DNA of 38,387 nt from Bdellovibrionia bacterium (GTDB lineage Bacteria; Bdellovibrionota; UBA1018): positions 1 to 38,387 of the forward strand of contig JBGAWT010000002.1 in assembly GCA_044227445.1 (NCBI GenBank), in the 5' to 3' direction. Of this stretch, positions 6,966-14,939 are shown piece after piece. The number at the start of each line of letters is the position of its first letter. Positions within the stretch are counted from its first letter, which is position 1. The translations under genes and the position numbers were made by a program. Under the pieces are notes generated by a model. That model was not told where the DNA came from. It was given only the letters and a program-made list of their open reading frames with translations, and did not search any database.

Positions 6966-8372
6966 TTACTCTTCGGACGCTGCTTTTTGAGTAGTGGGTT
7001 TTTCTTCTTCAGGAGCCGGCTCAGCAACCGACGCAGGCGCAGGGGCGGGAGCGGGCGGTGGGTTGGACCACTTGGGCGCTACGCAGTTGCCCAGGCCAAA
7101 GGTAAGGCGTTTGACGAACGTGCCGTCGATGTTCATGACGTAGATGTTTTTCTGGCCTGTGCGGTTGGAGCTAAATACGACGAAGTTTCCGTCGGCGCTA
7201 AAGTAGGGGTCTTCGTTATTTCCCTGCTCTTTGGTCAGGCGCTCGATGTTCGTGCCATCGGAGTTCATAAGAAAGATATCGAAGATCTTGTCGATCCAGC
7301 CGGCGAACACCAGCTTGCTTCCCTTGGGTGACCACGAAGGCGTCGCGTTGTAACGGCCGGCGAACGTGAGGCGTTTGGCGTCGCTTCCGTCGGCGTTCAT
7401 CGAAAACACCATCGGCATTCCAGTGCGATTGCTCACGAAGGCCATCTTCTTGCCGTCGGGGCTCCACGAGGGGTCGACATCAAAACCCAGCGATTTAGTG
7501 AGGCGCGTGACGGCCTTGCTCTCAGGTTCGAACAAAAAGATCTCGGGATTTCCCAGGTAGCTCATCGTGAGCGCCATGCGCTTGCCGTCGGGCGCGTACG
7601 CTGCGCCCGAGTTGATGCCTCGGCGGTTGGAGAGCATCTTGATCACGTTGGTCGCGAAGCTGTACTCGTAAAGATCGATGTTCTTAATATTGGCTTTGTT
7701 CTTGGTGTAGAGCGAGTAAGCGAGCTTTCGCGAGTCTGGGCTCCACGCCGGTGCGAAGGCGATCGAGTTGTGATGCGTGATCTGCTTCACGTCCGTGCCG
7801 TCAAAGTTCATGACGTAGATTTCTTTTTTTCCGGTGCGATCGCAGGACATGGCGATCTTGGTCAGGAAGATCCCGGGCAATCCGGTAAGAGCCTCGACCA
7901 CAAAATTGGCCAATGTATGCGACATGATCTTTACTTCGGAAGGAAGCGCTTTGAGGCGCTTGGCCAGAAGCTCTTTGCCTGTGGCTGCTTCGTAAAGATG
8001 CACCTCAAGAGCGAGGTTAGGCCCGTCTTGAGTGAGCGCAGTCTTGAGCAAGATCTCCGCGCCGACGCTGCTCCAGTCCGTGACCTTGAAAGATCCGGGC
8101 GTGATGCCTGCCTTAGAAGAGTCTTCGATGAACGCCGATTTGCCCAGGAACGTGAAAAAATCCATGAACGTCAGATCGTCGGTCACGGTTTCGGCGATTT
8201 GCTTTCCGAGGCCCGATGCTAGGGTGCCCGAAACTTTGACTTCGGGAAAAGCGATGACCGTTTTTTTGACCCGAGCTTGGCCAACCGAGATGTAAGGAGC
8301 TTCGGCCGCTTGAGCATGAAGAAGCCCTGCTAGTAAGATACTGCAAAGCATCAAGATTGAGCTCGGAGTCAT
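6966..8372 (-). CDS. tolB: Tol-Pal system periplasmic beta-propeller protein TolB
   Basis: Signal peptide, TolB N-domain, then repeated PD40/WD40-like blades (APAWSPDSRKLAYS, YAPDGKRMAL, DPSWSPDGKKMAFVS, TPSWSPKGSKLVFAG, DPYFSADGNFVVFSS). Unusual Pro/Ala-rich C-terminal tail (PPPAPAPAPASVAEPAPEEEK). Confidence 0.9.
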   Translation of the reverse strand: MTPSSILMLCSILLAGLLHAQAAEAPYISVGQARVKKTVIAFPEVKVSGTLASGLGKQIAETVTDDLTFMDFFTFLGKSAFIEDSSKAGITPGSFKVTDWSSVGAEILLKTALTQDGPNLALEVHLYEAATGKELLAKRLKALPSEVKIMSHTLANFVVEALTGLPGIFLTKIAMSCDRTGKKEIYVMNFDGTDVKQITHHNSIAFAPAWSPDSRKLAYSLYTKNKANIKNIDLYEYSFATNVIKMLSNRRGINSGAAYAPDGKRMALTMSYLGNPEIFLFEPESKAVTRLTKSLGFDVDPSWSPDGKKMAFVSNRTGMPMVFSMNADGSDAKRLTFAGRYNATPSWSPKGSKLVFAGWIDKIFDIFLMNSDGTNIERLTKEQGNNEDPYFSADGNFVVFSSNRTGQKNIYVMNIDGTFVKRLTFGLGNCVAPKWSNPPPAPAPAPASVAEPAPEEEKPTTQKAASEE

Positions 8373-8417
8373 CCCAACATCATACAGGCGTGTCGTTCAA
8401 AAAGGGAGTCCCCGGTC

Positions 8418-10502
8418 CTATTTGCCGCCCAGCGCATCTAAGCATCGCGCGCTGGGTACACCGGATTTGAGTTTGACGATCGGAAAGCGTTTCTCCCAGC
8501 CTTTGTTGGCGAAGATGAAACGTGCCGAATCAGCAAAGACGATCGCATTGGCTTGATCAAGGCTATTGCCCTGAATCGTCCACAAAATGAAATGCTCCAG
8601 CCACGCACCTTTGGATTGAAAGAGGTTCCACTGCGGCGCGGGAAGCTCTTTGAGCGAAAGGCGAGGGAGCTTGGCGCGCACTTCGTCTTGGAATTCCTTG
8701 TACAGCGCTTTGTGCTCGGCTTCGGCCGCCGCTCTTTGATCTGGGCCGAGTATTCGGTAAAGCCCCTGCTGATTGATCCAGCGAGTGACTTCCGGCGCCG
8801 GCGCGCTGGGGTGACGATCCACGGGCTCGATGACAAGTTTAACGATGGGTTGGGTGCGGTCCCGCTGAAGGGCTTCGAGCACGGCTTCGCGGCCATGGAA
8901 GGGCTCACCGCGAATCTCTACTCGCTCCTCAAGTCCCGCGAGCGTCATTTTGAGCATGTCGATGCGCTCGACCACCGAAGCGTGGTACTCGCGCGCACCT
9001 TGCGTGTTCACCACGACGTAGATTTTTTTAAGCTGATAGGTTTCGAGAGCTTTCTCGATGAGGTCGCGATCGGCAAGCGTGGGAGGGTCAAAGGCTCCAG
9101 AGATGATGCCTACCTGACCATTGACTCGTTTGATTGCGGGAGCGGATGCTTCGCGAAGCGCGAGTTTGCTGACTTCGGCGGCGCTGAGAATTTTTTGAAC
9201 CGATTTGTAACCGGGATCCATGCGGTAGGTGATGAACTGATCGGGGTTGGAGTCCGGATGGCCCAAGATCATGTCGCCCTCGGGCGTCAGCATCCCGATG
9301 GGCGAGGGTTGGCCCAGCTTGAGCCGAGCAGAGACGAAGTATTTGCGCGCGGGATCAACCTCCGAAAATCCGCGCATCTCCATGATGTCGAACCTGGAGG
9401 TGGGGCTTGAGCGCCTCAGGTTGATGACGCTAGCGATATCTTCGGAGGCATAGGAGTTGTCACCGATGCCCACCTGATAGCGGCCGTCTTGAGTCTGAAT
9501 CGTCTCCGGAAAATGTCCGCTGGGCGTGTGGCCTAGGAGCAGGCGCTGCGAGTCGTTGGCCAGCGACCACTCGATCATCTCGGGCGTCGGAAGATGGGGG
9601 TTATTATTGGCGTCGACATTTCGACCCGTCACTAAGCTCTCGGGTTTGCTGTTTCGTCCAATGGCAGGCATCGGATAGTCGAGCAGGTCCTCAGCCGGTC
9701 GGGGGCCAACACCGTCCCATTTCTCGAAATTCTTATCCCACTTGTCGATCTCCGATTGCAGCCACGCGTTCTTGGTGCGGATCATCTCGTCCATCTTGAG
9801 GATCGCGCCCGAGCCGTCAGGATTTTTTCGGACGTTCTGCGGAGTAAGACCCCCGTGGATGATGAGCGTATTTTCGATTCGAAGCGCCAGCTGACCCAAG
9901 CGCAGGAGTTTGTGAACGATTCCTCCGGGCTTGGTCGTATCCAAAAAGCTTTGCGCAACTGCATCATCGGTAATCTTTGAATGAGTCGTTGCCGCGCGAT
10001 CAGCCAGCTCTTGGCGCCTGAGCTCAAAAGCCTGGGGCGCGCCCATGGTGTTATCTAAGATAAATTTAATGCGCTCGGTCTTGGTGTGAACCGAGTCGGG
10101 TTTCCAGATTCCTTCTTTGGTCAGAGCGAACCAAAGCGGTGGGCGTTTGAGCGCCTCAGGCGAGGTCTCGGGCCAGAAGCGCAGCTTATTGATGTCGCGG
10201 TTGCCTAGGATAAAAAAGACGCGGTCAGGAGCTTCAGTCTTGAGCCTCACGAGCTCTTCGGCGACCTCGAGGTCTCCGACGAAGCGATCAAAGGCATCGC
10301 CGCCGAAAACAAAAACGGCGCCGTCGCGCAGGTGGTAGCGACCGTCTTTTCCTTTTTGGAACGCTTCGCTTTGCTGAAAAAAACTTTTGAGCCTCGTGCG
10401 ACTTCCCTCGAGGTCCGTCAGATAGGTCACGAGCCAGATCGGCGACACGTCCGCTCGCGCAAACGAGGTGAGAAAGAGAAGGAACACGATTAACCGACGC
10501 AT
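8418..10502 (-). CDS. Secreted fusion protein: calcineurin-like metallophosphoesterase domain + cytidylyltransferase (NadD/NMNAT)-like domain, both with non-canonical motifs
   Basis: Start moved to MRRLIVFLLFLTSFARA (cat at 10500-10502). Phosphoesterase motif order: DLEG (for DxHG), GGDAFDRF (GDxxDRG), GNRD (for GNH[DE]), IIHGG, LLGHTP. The C-terminal part has GIISGAFDPPTLADRDLI, aligning to the nucleotidyltransferase GxFxPxHxGH motif with both His replaced. Confidence 0.65.
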   Translation of the reverse strand: MRRLIVFLLFLTSFARADVSPIWLVTYLTDLEGSRTRLKSFFQQSEAFQKGKDGRYHLRDGAVFVFGGDAFDRFVGDLEVAEELVRLKTEAPDRVFFILGNRDINKLRFWPETSPEALKRPPLWFALTKEGIWKPDSVHTKTERIKFILDNTMGAPQAFELRRQELADRAATTHSKITDDAVAQSFLDTTKPGGIVHKLLRLGQLALRIENTLIIHGGLTPQNVRKNPDGSGAILKMDEMIRTKNAWLQSEIDKWDKNFEKWDGVGPRPAEDLLDYPMPAIGRNSKPESLVTGRNVDANNNPHLPTPEMIEWSLANDSQRLLLGHTPSGHFPETIQTQDGRYQVGIGDNSYASEDIASVINLRRSSPTSRFDIMEMRGFSEVDPARKYFVSARLKLGQPSPIGMLTPEGDMILGHPDSNPDQFITYRMDPGYKSVQKILSAAEVSKLALREASAPAIKRVNGQVGIISGAFDPPTLADRDLIEKALETYQLKKIYVVVNTQGAREYHASVVERIDMLKMTLAGLEERVEIRGEPFHGREAVLEALQRDRTQPIVKLVIEPVDRHPSAPAPEVTRWINQQGLYRILGPDQRAAAEAEHKALYKEFQDEVRAKLPRLSLKELPAPQWNLFQSKGAWLEHFILWTIQGNSLDQANAIVFADSARFIFANKGWEKRFPIVKLKSGVPSARCLDALGGK

Positions 10503-10544
10503 CGTGTCAGGCGACTTATCAGCGCAGTACACCCTGGTCAACCT

Positions 10545-12461
10545 GTGTTATGGAGATTTCAGGGGGAAAATCAGGTGCAAAATTCACGAGTTGGCTGGCG
10601 TTTGCTCGGCCTCGCGGTCGTTCTTGCAGGTGTGGGTGTCTACTCCGGGGGAGCGATTGCTCAGCCTCGTTTCGCACGAGTAGTCCTCCTAGGAACCAAT
10701 GACATCCACGGCGGTGTTGAGGCGCGCACGATCAAGGATGGCACCGTCTTGGGCGGGATGGCTCAGTGGGCGGGCATCGTCTCGGCGATCAAAAAAGGCG
10801 TCGCGCAATCGGATGTTCCCTCCCATGTGCTGGTGATGGATGCAGGAGATCAGTTTCAAGGAACTCTGCTGAGCAATATCAGCGAAGGAAAGCTCGTGTT
10901 CGAGCTCATGAGCCGCGTGGGCTATGACGCCGCGGTCATGGGAAATCACGACTACGATTTTGGTCCTCGGGGATGGCTCGAAGACCAAGTGACTGCGAAG
11001 TCCGAGGATCAGAATCCACGAGGGGCTCTCGAAGAAGCGATTAAGCACGCCCAATTCCCGTTGGTCTCGGCCAATACCTTCTTGAAGAAAAGTTTTTACG
11101 ATACCGAAGGCCACGCGCTGGAGGTGAGCTCGTCGGGTTGCAAGGCCAGTTCCATGACCGGTGATCCCATTGATTGGTCGCGCGCGGAAAGGCCCGCTTT
11201 TCTAAAACCTTACGTGATTCTCAACGCAGGCCAAGTGCGCGTGGCGGTGATCGGAATCGATAACCCGGGAACCCCTACGACGACGACGCCTGCCAATGTT
11301 TCGGATCTTTGTTTTGCGAACGAAGCGGAGACCTACCTGCGCGTGCGCGAGGAGATCGGCGATCGCGCGGATGTGTTCGTGATGCTCACCCATAACGGAA
11401 ATGCTCAGGGCTCCAAGCCTGGTGCGGAAGCTCGCCAGCATGAACCTACGAGCGAAGAGATGCTGCTTGAGTTCACTCAAACGGTGAACGCGATCCTGGA
11501 GGGATACGTAGGAAAAGGCTCGGCTTTGGACGCCGTGATTGCAGGCCACACCCACGCCGTGAATCATTTGCGCGTTTCGGGCGTGCCCGTCATTCAAAGT
11601 CGCTCCGGCGGGGAGATGTTTGGGCGAGTGGATCTATTTGTCGACCTGGATCAGAAGATGGTGATCAAGGACAAGACGCGTTCCTGGGCCGCACTTTCGA
11701 TTTATGACTCTCGTTGCTCGCCAGCAGCAGATTTTTGCAAGGCCTCCGGGGGCAAGGTTGCTTACGAGGGCCAAGCGGCGCCTGTGGACTCGGTGGTTCA
11801 AGATCGCTTAGCTCAAGCGCGAGCTGAGATCGCTGGCATCGCCAATCGTAAAGTGGGCGACGCCAAGAGAACTCTGACCCGAGACCGAGTGCGCGAAAGC
11901 GCGCTGGCCGACGCGCTCACCGACCAGCTGAGGTCCGTAGCGGGTGCTGAGATCGCCTTCATGAACACGGGCGGAATTCGAACGGAGATCTTGGCGGGCG
12001 AAGTGACCTATGAGGAGTTTTTTAAGGTCCTGCCCTTTAACAATCGGGCCGTAAAAATGGGCCCAATGAAAGTGGCGGAGCTGCTGAAGCTCCTTAAGAA
12101 ATCCATCGCCGCATGCGGCTCGCGAGGCGCGCTTATGCAAAGTGGCCTGAGAGTGAGCTTCGAATCGCAGTGCAAAGGCGACGACGATTCGAGCGATGCT
12201 TCGTTGGTGCGCGTCGAGACGGTCGGAGGAGAGCTGATCTACGATCGGCAGACGGGGTTTTCGGCCGCAGCTGAGCGCTCCTTTGCGATTGCGACGCTGG
12301 ACTTCTTGGCGGCCGGGGGCTCGGGTTACGACGAGTTTAAATCCATTCCTACTACGCAGGATCTAGGCGTCGCGCGCGAGGTCATGGTCGAGGAGATGCT
12401 CAAGAAACCCCTCGTGTGGGAAGGCCGCACGGACGGACGTTGGAAGAATCTCAAACCCTAG
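10545..12461 (+). CDS. Bifunctional metallophosphatase / 5'-nucleotidase (UshA/NadN family), secreted
   Basis: LLGTNDIHGG, DAGDQFQGT, MGNHDYDFG and GHTHA metallophosphatase motifs, plus a long C-terminal 5'-nucleotidase substrate-binding region. N-terminal hydrophobic signal (WRLLGLAVVLAGVGVYSGGAIAQ). The exact start is uncertain (ATG 10545 or GTG about 10575). Confidence 0.85.
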   Translation: MLWRFQGENQVQNSRVGWRLLGLAVVLAGVGVYSGGAIAQPRFARVVLLGTNDIHGGVEARTIKDGTVLGGMAQWAGIVSAIKKGVAQSDVPSHVLVMDAGDQFQGTLLSNISEGKLVFELMSRVGYDAAVMGNHDYDFGPRGWLEDQVTAKSEDQNPRGALEEAIKHAQFPLVSANTFLKKSFYDTEGHALEVSSSGCKASSMTGDPIDWSRAERPAFLKPYVILNAGQVRVAVIGIDNPGTPTTTTPANVSDLCFANEAETYLRVREEIGDRADVFVMLTHNGNAQGSKPGAEARQHEPTSEEMLLEFTQTVNAILEGYVGKGSALDAVIAGHTHAVNHLRVSGVPVIQSRSGGEMFGRVDLFVDLDQKMVIKDKTRSWAALSIYDSRCSPAADFCKASGGKVAYEGQAAPVDSVVQDRLAQARAEIAGIANRKVGDAKRTLTRDRVRESALADALTDQLRSVAGAEIAFMNTGGIRTEILAGEVTYEEFFKVLPFNNRAVKMGPMKVAELLKLLKKSIAACGSRGALMQSGLRVSFESQCKGDDDSSDASLVRVETVGGELIYDRQTGFSAAAERSFAIATLDFLAAGGSGYDEFKSIPTTQDLGVAREVMVEEMLKKPLVWEGRTDGRWKNLKP

Positions 12462-12472
12462 GAGGTGTCTTC

Positions 12473-12838
12473 ATGCCGCGTATCGAGGAAAAAGTAGTCG
12501 ATGAGATGTTCGATGTTTTCAGCGTTCGTCAGCTGACGCGAAGCACTTCGCTCGAAGACTCGGTGGCTGTCGATGATGTTGTGATCGGAGCCCAACAGAT
12601 CTCGCGCATTCATCGTCATAATCGCTCCGATACGGTTCTTTATATCGTCGGAGGCAGCGGCGAAGTCGTGGTCGAGGATCGTTCGCTTGAAGTCAAAGCC
12701 GGGGATCGAATCCATATTCCGCCCGGCAGCTACCATGGCGTGCGCACGGCCAAAGAATCGCTTCATTTCATTTCCGTGCAAACCCCGCCGATCTTGAACA
12801 AGAAGACCGGTACGCTGGATCTAGAAGAAAGAGCCTAA
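12473..12838 (+). CDS. Cupin domain protein
   Basis: Start at ATG 12473, preceded by TAGGAGGTG. The cupin motifs are G(X)5HxH-like (IHRHNRSDTVLYIVGGSG) and GDRIHIPPGSYHGV. The longer track ORF start (12416) overlaps the upstream gene. Confidence 0.8.
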   Translation: MPRIEEKVVDEMFDVFSVRQLTRSTSLEDSVAVDDVVIGAQQISRIHRHNRSDTVLYIVGGSGEVVVEDRSLEVKAGDRIHIPPGSYHGVRTAKESLHFISVQTPPILNKKTGTLDLEERA

Positions 12839-12919
12839 ACTGAGGCTGTGTGAGTACCGCCTAGTGTCCAAAAGTTAGACACTTTTGGGGATCTTCTGCC
12901 CATAAAACCCCCTCCTATT

Positions 12920-12935
12920 TGGCACCCTCATTGCA
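12920..12935 (+). promoter_or_regulatory. Sigma-54 (RpoN) -24/-12 promoter element
   Basis: TGGCAC-CCTCA-TTGCA at 12920-12935 is an exact match to the TGGCAC-N5-TTGCW consensus, with GG-N10-GC spacing (GG 12921-22, GC 12933-34). It lies about 25 nt upstream of the ATG at 12960, with a GAGGG SD in between. Confidence 0.6.
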
Positions 12936-12959
12936 ATTTCATAGGCAGAGGGTTGGTTT

Positions 12960-13643
12960 ATGAGGGTTATTCCAGTCTTAGCGTTTTTTGCGATCTGTCT
13001 TCCGGCGACGAGCTTCGCTGGTGGCGAGCAAAGCGTCGACTCAAGGGAGCTGGGAAGCGCTCTGGAGCGAACGCGCGATGAATATAAACTGGATTTGAGC
13101 AAAGCGATTTATATCGAGAACCTCGCTCATGACCTTTTGTCCAAGGTCTCCGGAGGATCTTCCTTTAATCGAAAGATTTTTTTTGAAACCCTGACTCTCC
13201 TGCAAAACAGCATTTCGGATGATTTGCCGAGCGAACGCGGCATGGAGCTTATTTCGCGCATTCGAAGGCTGCTACGCCTCCAAGACATGCCTTCGGACGA
13301 AGAGGTCGTCTATAGCGAGATCGATCACACCAAGCTGCGATTACTCACCCTTGCGCTGAGCCTGGCTGTTTCGCGCGAAAAATTCGTCATCATGAGCCAC
13401 GCCTTCATTCAGTGGAGCATGTTCCTAGGAGCCCTCAAGGGCCAGTGGCCTCAGAAAAGGGGAGAGGTGAGGGAATGGCGCGCTCGTTCGGCTAAGAACG
13501 CGGCTCAGGCTGCTCGTCTTGGAAAGAGCGTCGAGATTCTCGCGAGCGTCAATGAGCTCAAGGCGGCCTCGCCCGAAGACTACGAAACGCTTTCCGCGCT
13601 GATGGCCGAATACGAAAAAACGCAAAACGCCGTGGCTAAGTAA
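12960..13643 (+). CDS. Hypothetical secreted protein (helical)
   Basis: 227-aa ORF with signal peptide MRVIPVLAFFAICLPATSFAGG. No motif recognised. Sits directly behind the sigma-54 promoter element. Confidence 0.5.
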   Translation: MRVIPVLAFFAICLPATSFAGGEQSVDSRELGSALERTRDEYKLDLSKAIYIENLAHDLLSKVSGGSSFNRKIFFETLTLLQNSISDDLPSERGMELISRIRRLLRLQDMPSDEEVVYSEIDHTKLRLLTLALSLAVSREKFVIMSHAFIQWSMFLGALKGQWPQKRGEVREWRARSAKNAAQAARLGKSVEILASVNELKAASPEDYETLSALMAEYEKTQNAVAK

Positions 13644-13652
13644 GGCCAGAAG

Positions 13653-13865
13653 CTAAAGCGGAAACCCGACAACCACCCCGTTCACAAGCAGGTCCGCTGC
13701 GCTTCCTCGAGCAGGCTTTGGAAAAGGCTGTGCGTTCTTGATCGTTCGCTCCACGGCTTGATCGAACTGGGAATTTCCCGACGAGCGGGCAAACGAAAAC
13801 GACCTGACCCGGCCCGACGGATCGATGAAGATCCGGACCTGAGCCGTGAGTTTTTGGCGCGCGAG
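13653..13865 (-). pseudogene. tolA: In-frame continuation of tolA beyond the TAA: complete TonB_C/TolA-type C-terminal domain
   Basis: In the same frame as 13866..14483, directly after the TAA (13866-13868), my codon-by-codon translation gives LARQKLTAQVRIFIDPSGRVRSFSFARSSGNSQFDQAVERTIKNAQPFPKPARGSAADLLVNGVVVGFPL, then TAG at 13653-13655. The pattern (..V.I.IDP.G.V.....SSGN..FD.A....I....PFP.P) is the conserved TolA/TonB C-terminal fold. No ATG start codon and no plausible alternative start precede the conserved core; the only in-frame GTGs lie near the C-terminus. Confidence 0.7.
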
Positions 13866-14483
13866 TTAAGGGTTGAGCTCCCAGTATTCCTGGAGGCGGT
13901 CCCGGATCGTATCTAGATACGTGGGTTCTCCCGCCTCGCGGGCGTCGCCCGAGAGACTCGAGCCCTTGGAAATCATATTGCCCTTGATCGGCGCCTGCTT
14001 TTTGGGCGGCTCCTCGTCGTCTTGGATTTTTGCTAACGCCTTGATGCGCTCAAGGCTGCGCTGGTTGCGCTTGGCGATGTTGTCATCTTTCTTGATGACC
14101 TTGGGCTTGAGGACCATCTCGTCCTTCTCAGCCTTCTCTACAGGTTTTTTATCTTCGGTGGGCTTGGGTCGGGCTTCTTCCGAATCCGTGGGCACCTTGA
14201 TGAGCTGGCTTTTGTCCTTCTTGAGAATGTCCGGCAGCGCCACGATGTCCACTCTCAGCGTGGGCGGAATGGGAGCGGAGACATCCGGAAACACCAACCC
14301 CTTCACGAGCAGAAAAAACAGAATCGCCCCATGGAAAACGGCGGAGCGCTTGAGCCAGGGCCCTAGCAGCTCTTGAGCGTAGGCCGCTTCGCCCGGCGCC
14401 CAGCGAGGGGGCTGTACTCCGGCGATCACCCAGCTCTTCACCTGCTTGAAGATGCGTTGAGTGGGTGAGCGCTTAGGGGTCAT
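13866..14483 (-). CDS. tolA: TolA-like protein, N-terminal TM anchor and Lys/Glu/Pro-rich linker, terminated by an in-frame TAA
   Basis: Immediately downstream of tolQ-tolR on the same strand. TM segment AVFHGAILFFLLVKGLVF, then a charged linker (KPTEDKKPVEKAEKDE...). The ORF stops at ...YLDTIRDRLQEYWELNP* inside what looks like the start of the TonB_C/TolA C-terminal domain. Confidence 0.75.
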   Translation of the reverse strand: MTPKRSPTQRIFKQVKSWVIAGVQPPRWAPGEAAYAQELLGPWLKRSAVFHGAILFFLLVKGLVFPDVSAPIPPTLRVDIVALPDILKKDKSQLIKVPTDSEEARPKPTEDKKPVEKAEKDEMVLKPKVIKKDDNIAKRNQRSLERIKALAKIQDDEEPPKKQAPIKGNMISKGSSLSGDAREAGEPTYLDTIRDRLQEYWELNP

Positions 14484-14492
14484 CGTCGGATC

Positions 14493-14936
14493 TCAGATCT
14501 TGTGGTTGGGGTCACCCGGCATGGTGACCAAGCCCACGCGTTGAATTTTAGCTCGCTTCACTTCGGCCATCACTTGAGCCACCACCCCGTAAGGAACGCC
14601 TTGGTCGCCTTGGATGAAAACCTCGATATTAGGATGCGCCGCCGACATGGCTTGAAGCTTGGAGAAGAGAGTTCCGGTGGCGATGTTCGTTCCGTTGATC
14701 GAAACCTGGCCGCCGCGGTTCACCACTAAGATGACCTGCTCGGGCGCTTCGTTGAGGCTTCCGGCATTAGCTTTGGGTAGATCGACTTGCACGCCTTGCT
14801 GCATCAGGGGAGCGGAGACCATGAATACGATGAGCAGCACGAGCATGACGTCGACCAGAGGCGTGACGTTGATCTCAGCCAAGGTCGTCGGGACTTGGCT
14901 TGCGCTGCCTGAGGATTTTCCGATTTGAAAGGCCAT
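14493..14936 (-). CDS. tolR: Biopolymer transport protein TolR/ExbD
   Basis: 147 aa. LAEINVTPLVDVMLVLLIVFMV, the ExbD/TolR TM with the conserved Asp, then a periplasmic domain. Sits between tolQ and tolA. Confidence 0.9.
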   Translation of the reverse strand: MAFQIGKSSGSASQVPTTLAEINVTPLVDVMLVLLIVFMVSAPLMQQGVQVDLPKANAGSLNEAPEQVILVVNRGGQVSINGTNIATGTLFSKLQAMSAAHPNIEVFIQGDQGVPYGVVAQVMAEVKRAKIQRVGLVTMPGDPNHKI

Positions 14937-14939
14937 CGT

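Noticed and set aside
8553-9410. 285-aa plus-strand ORF (and the 156-aa ORF 8438..8908 on the minus strand)
   Set aside because: Both lie inside or antisense to the 694-aa phosphoesterase fusion gene, have Arg-rich low-information composition, and lack a start context.
12868-12888. Hairpin CCAAAAGT-TAGAC-ACTTTTGG after the cupin gene as a terminator
   Set aside because: The stem is 8 bp and AT-rich with no following T-run. It is too weak to call an intrinsic terminator, though it may still pause transcription ahead of the sigma-54 promoter.
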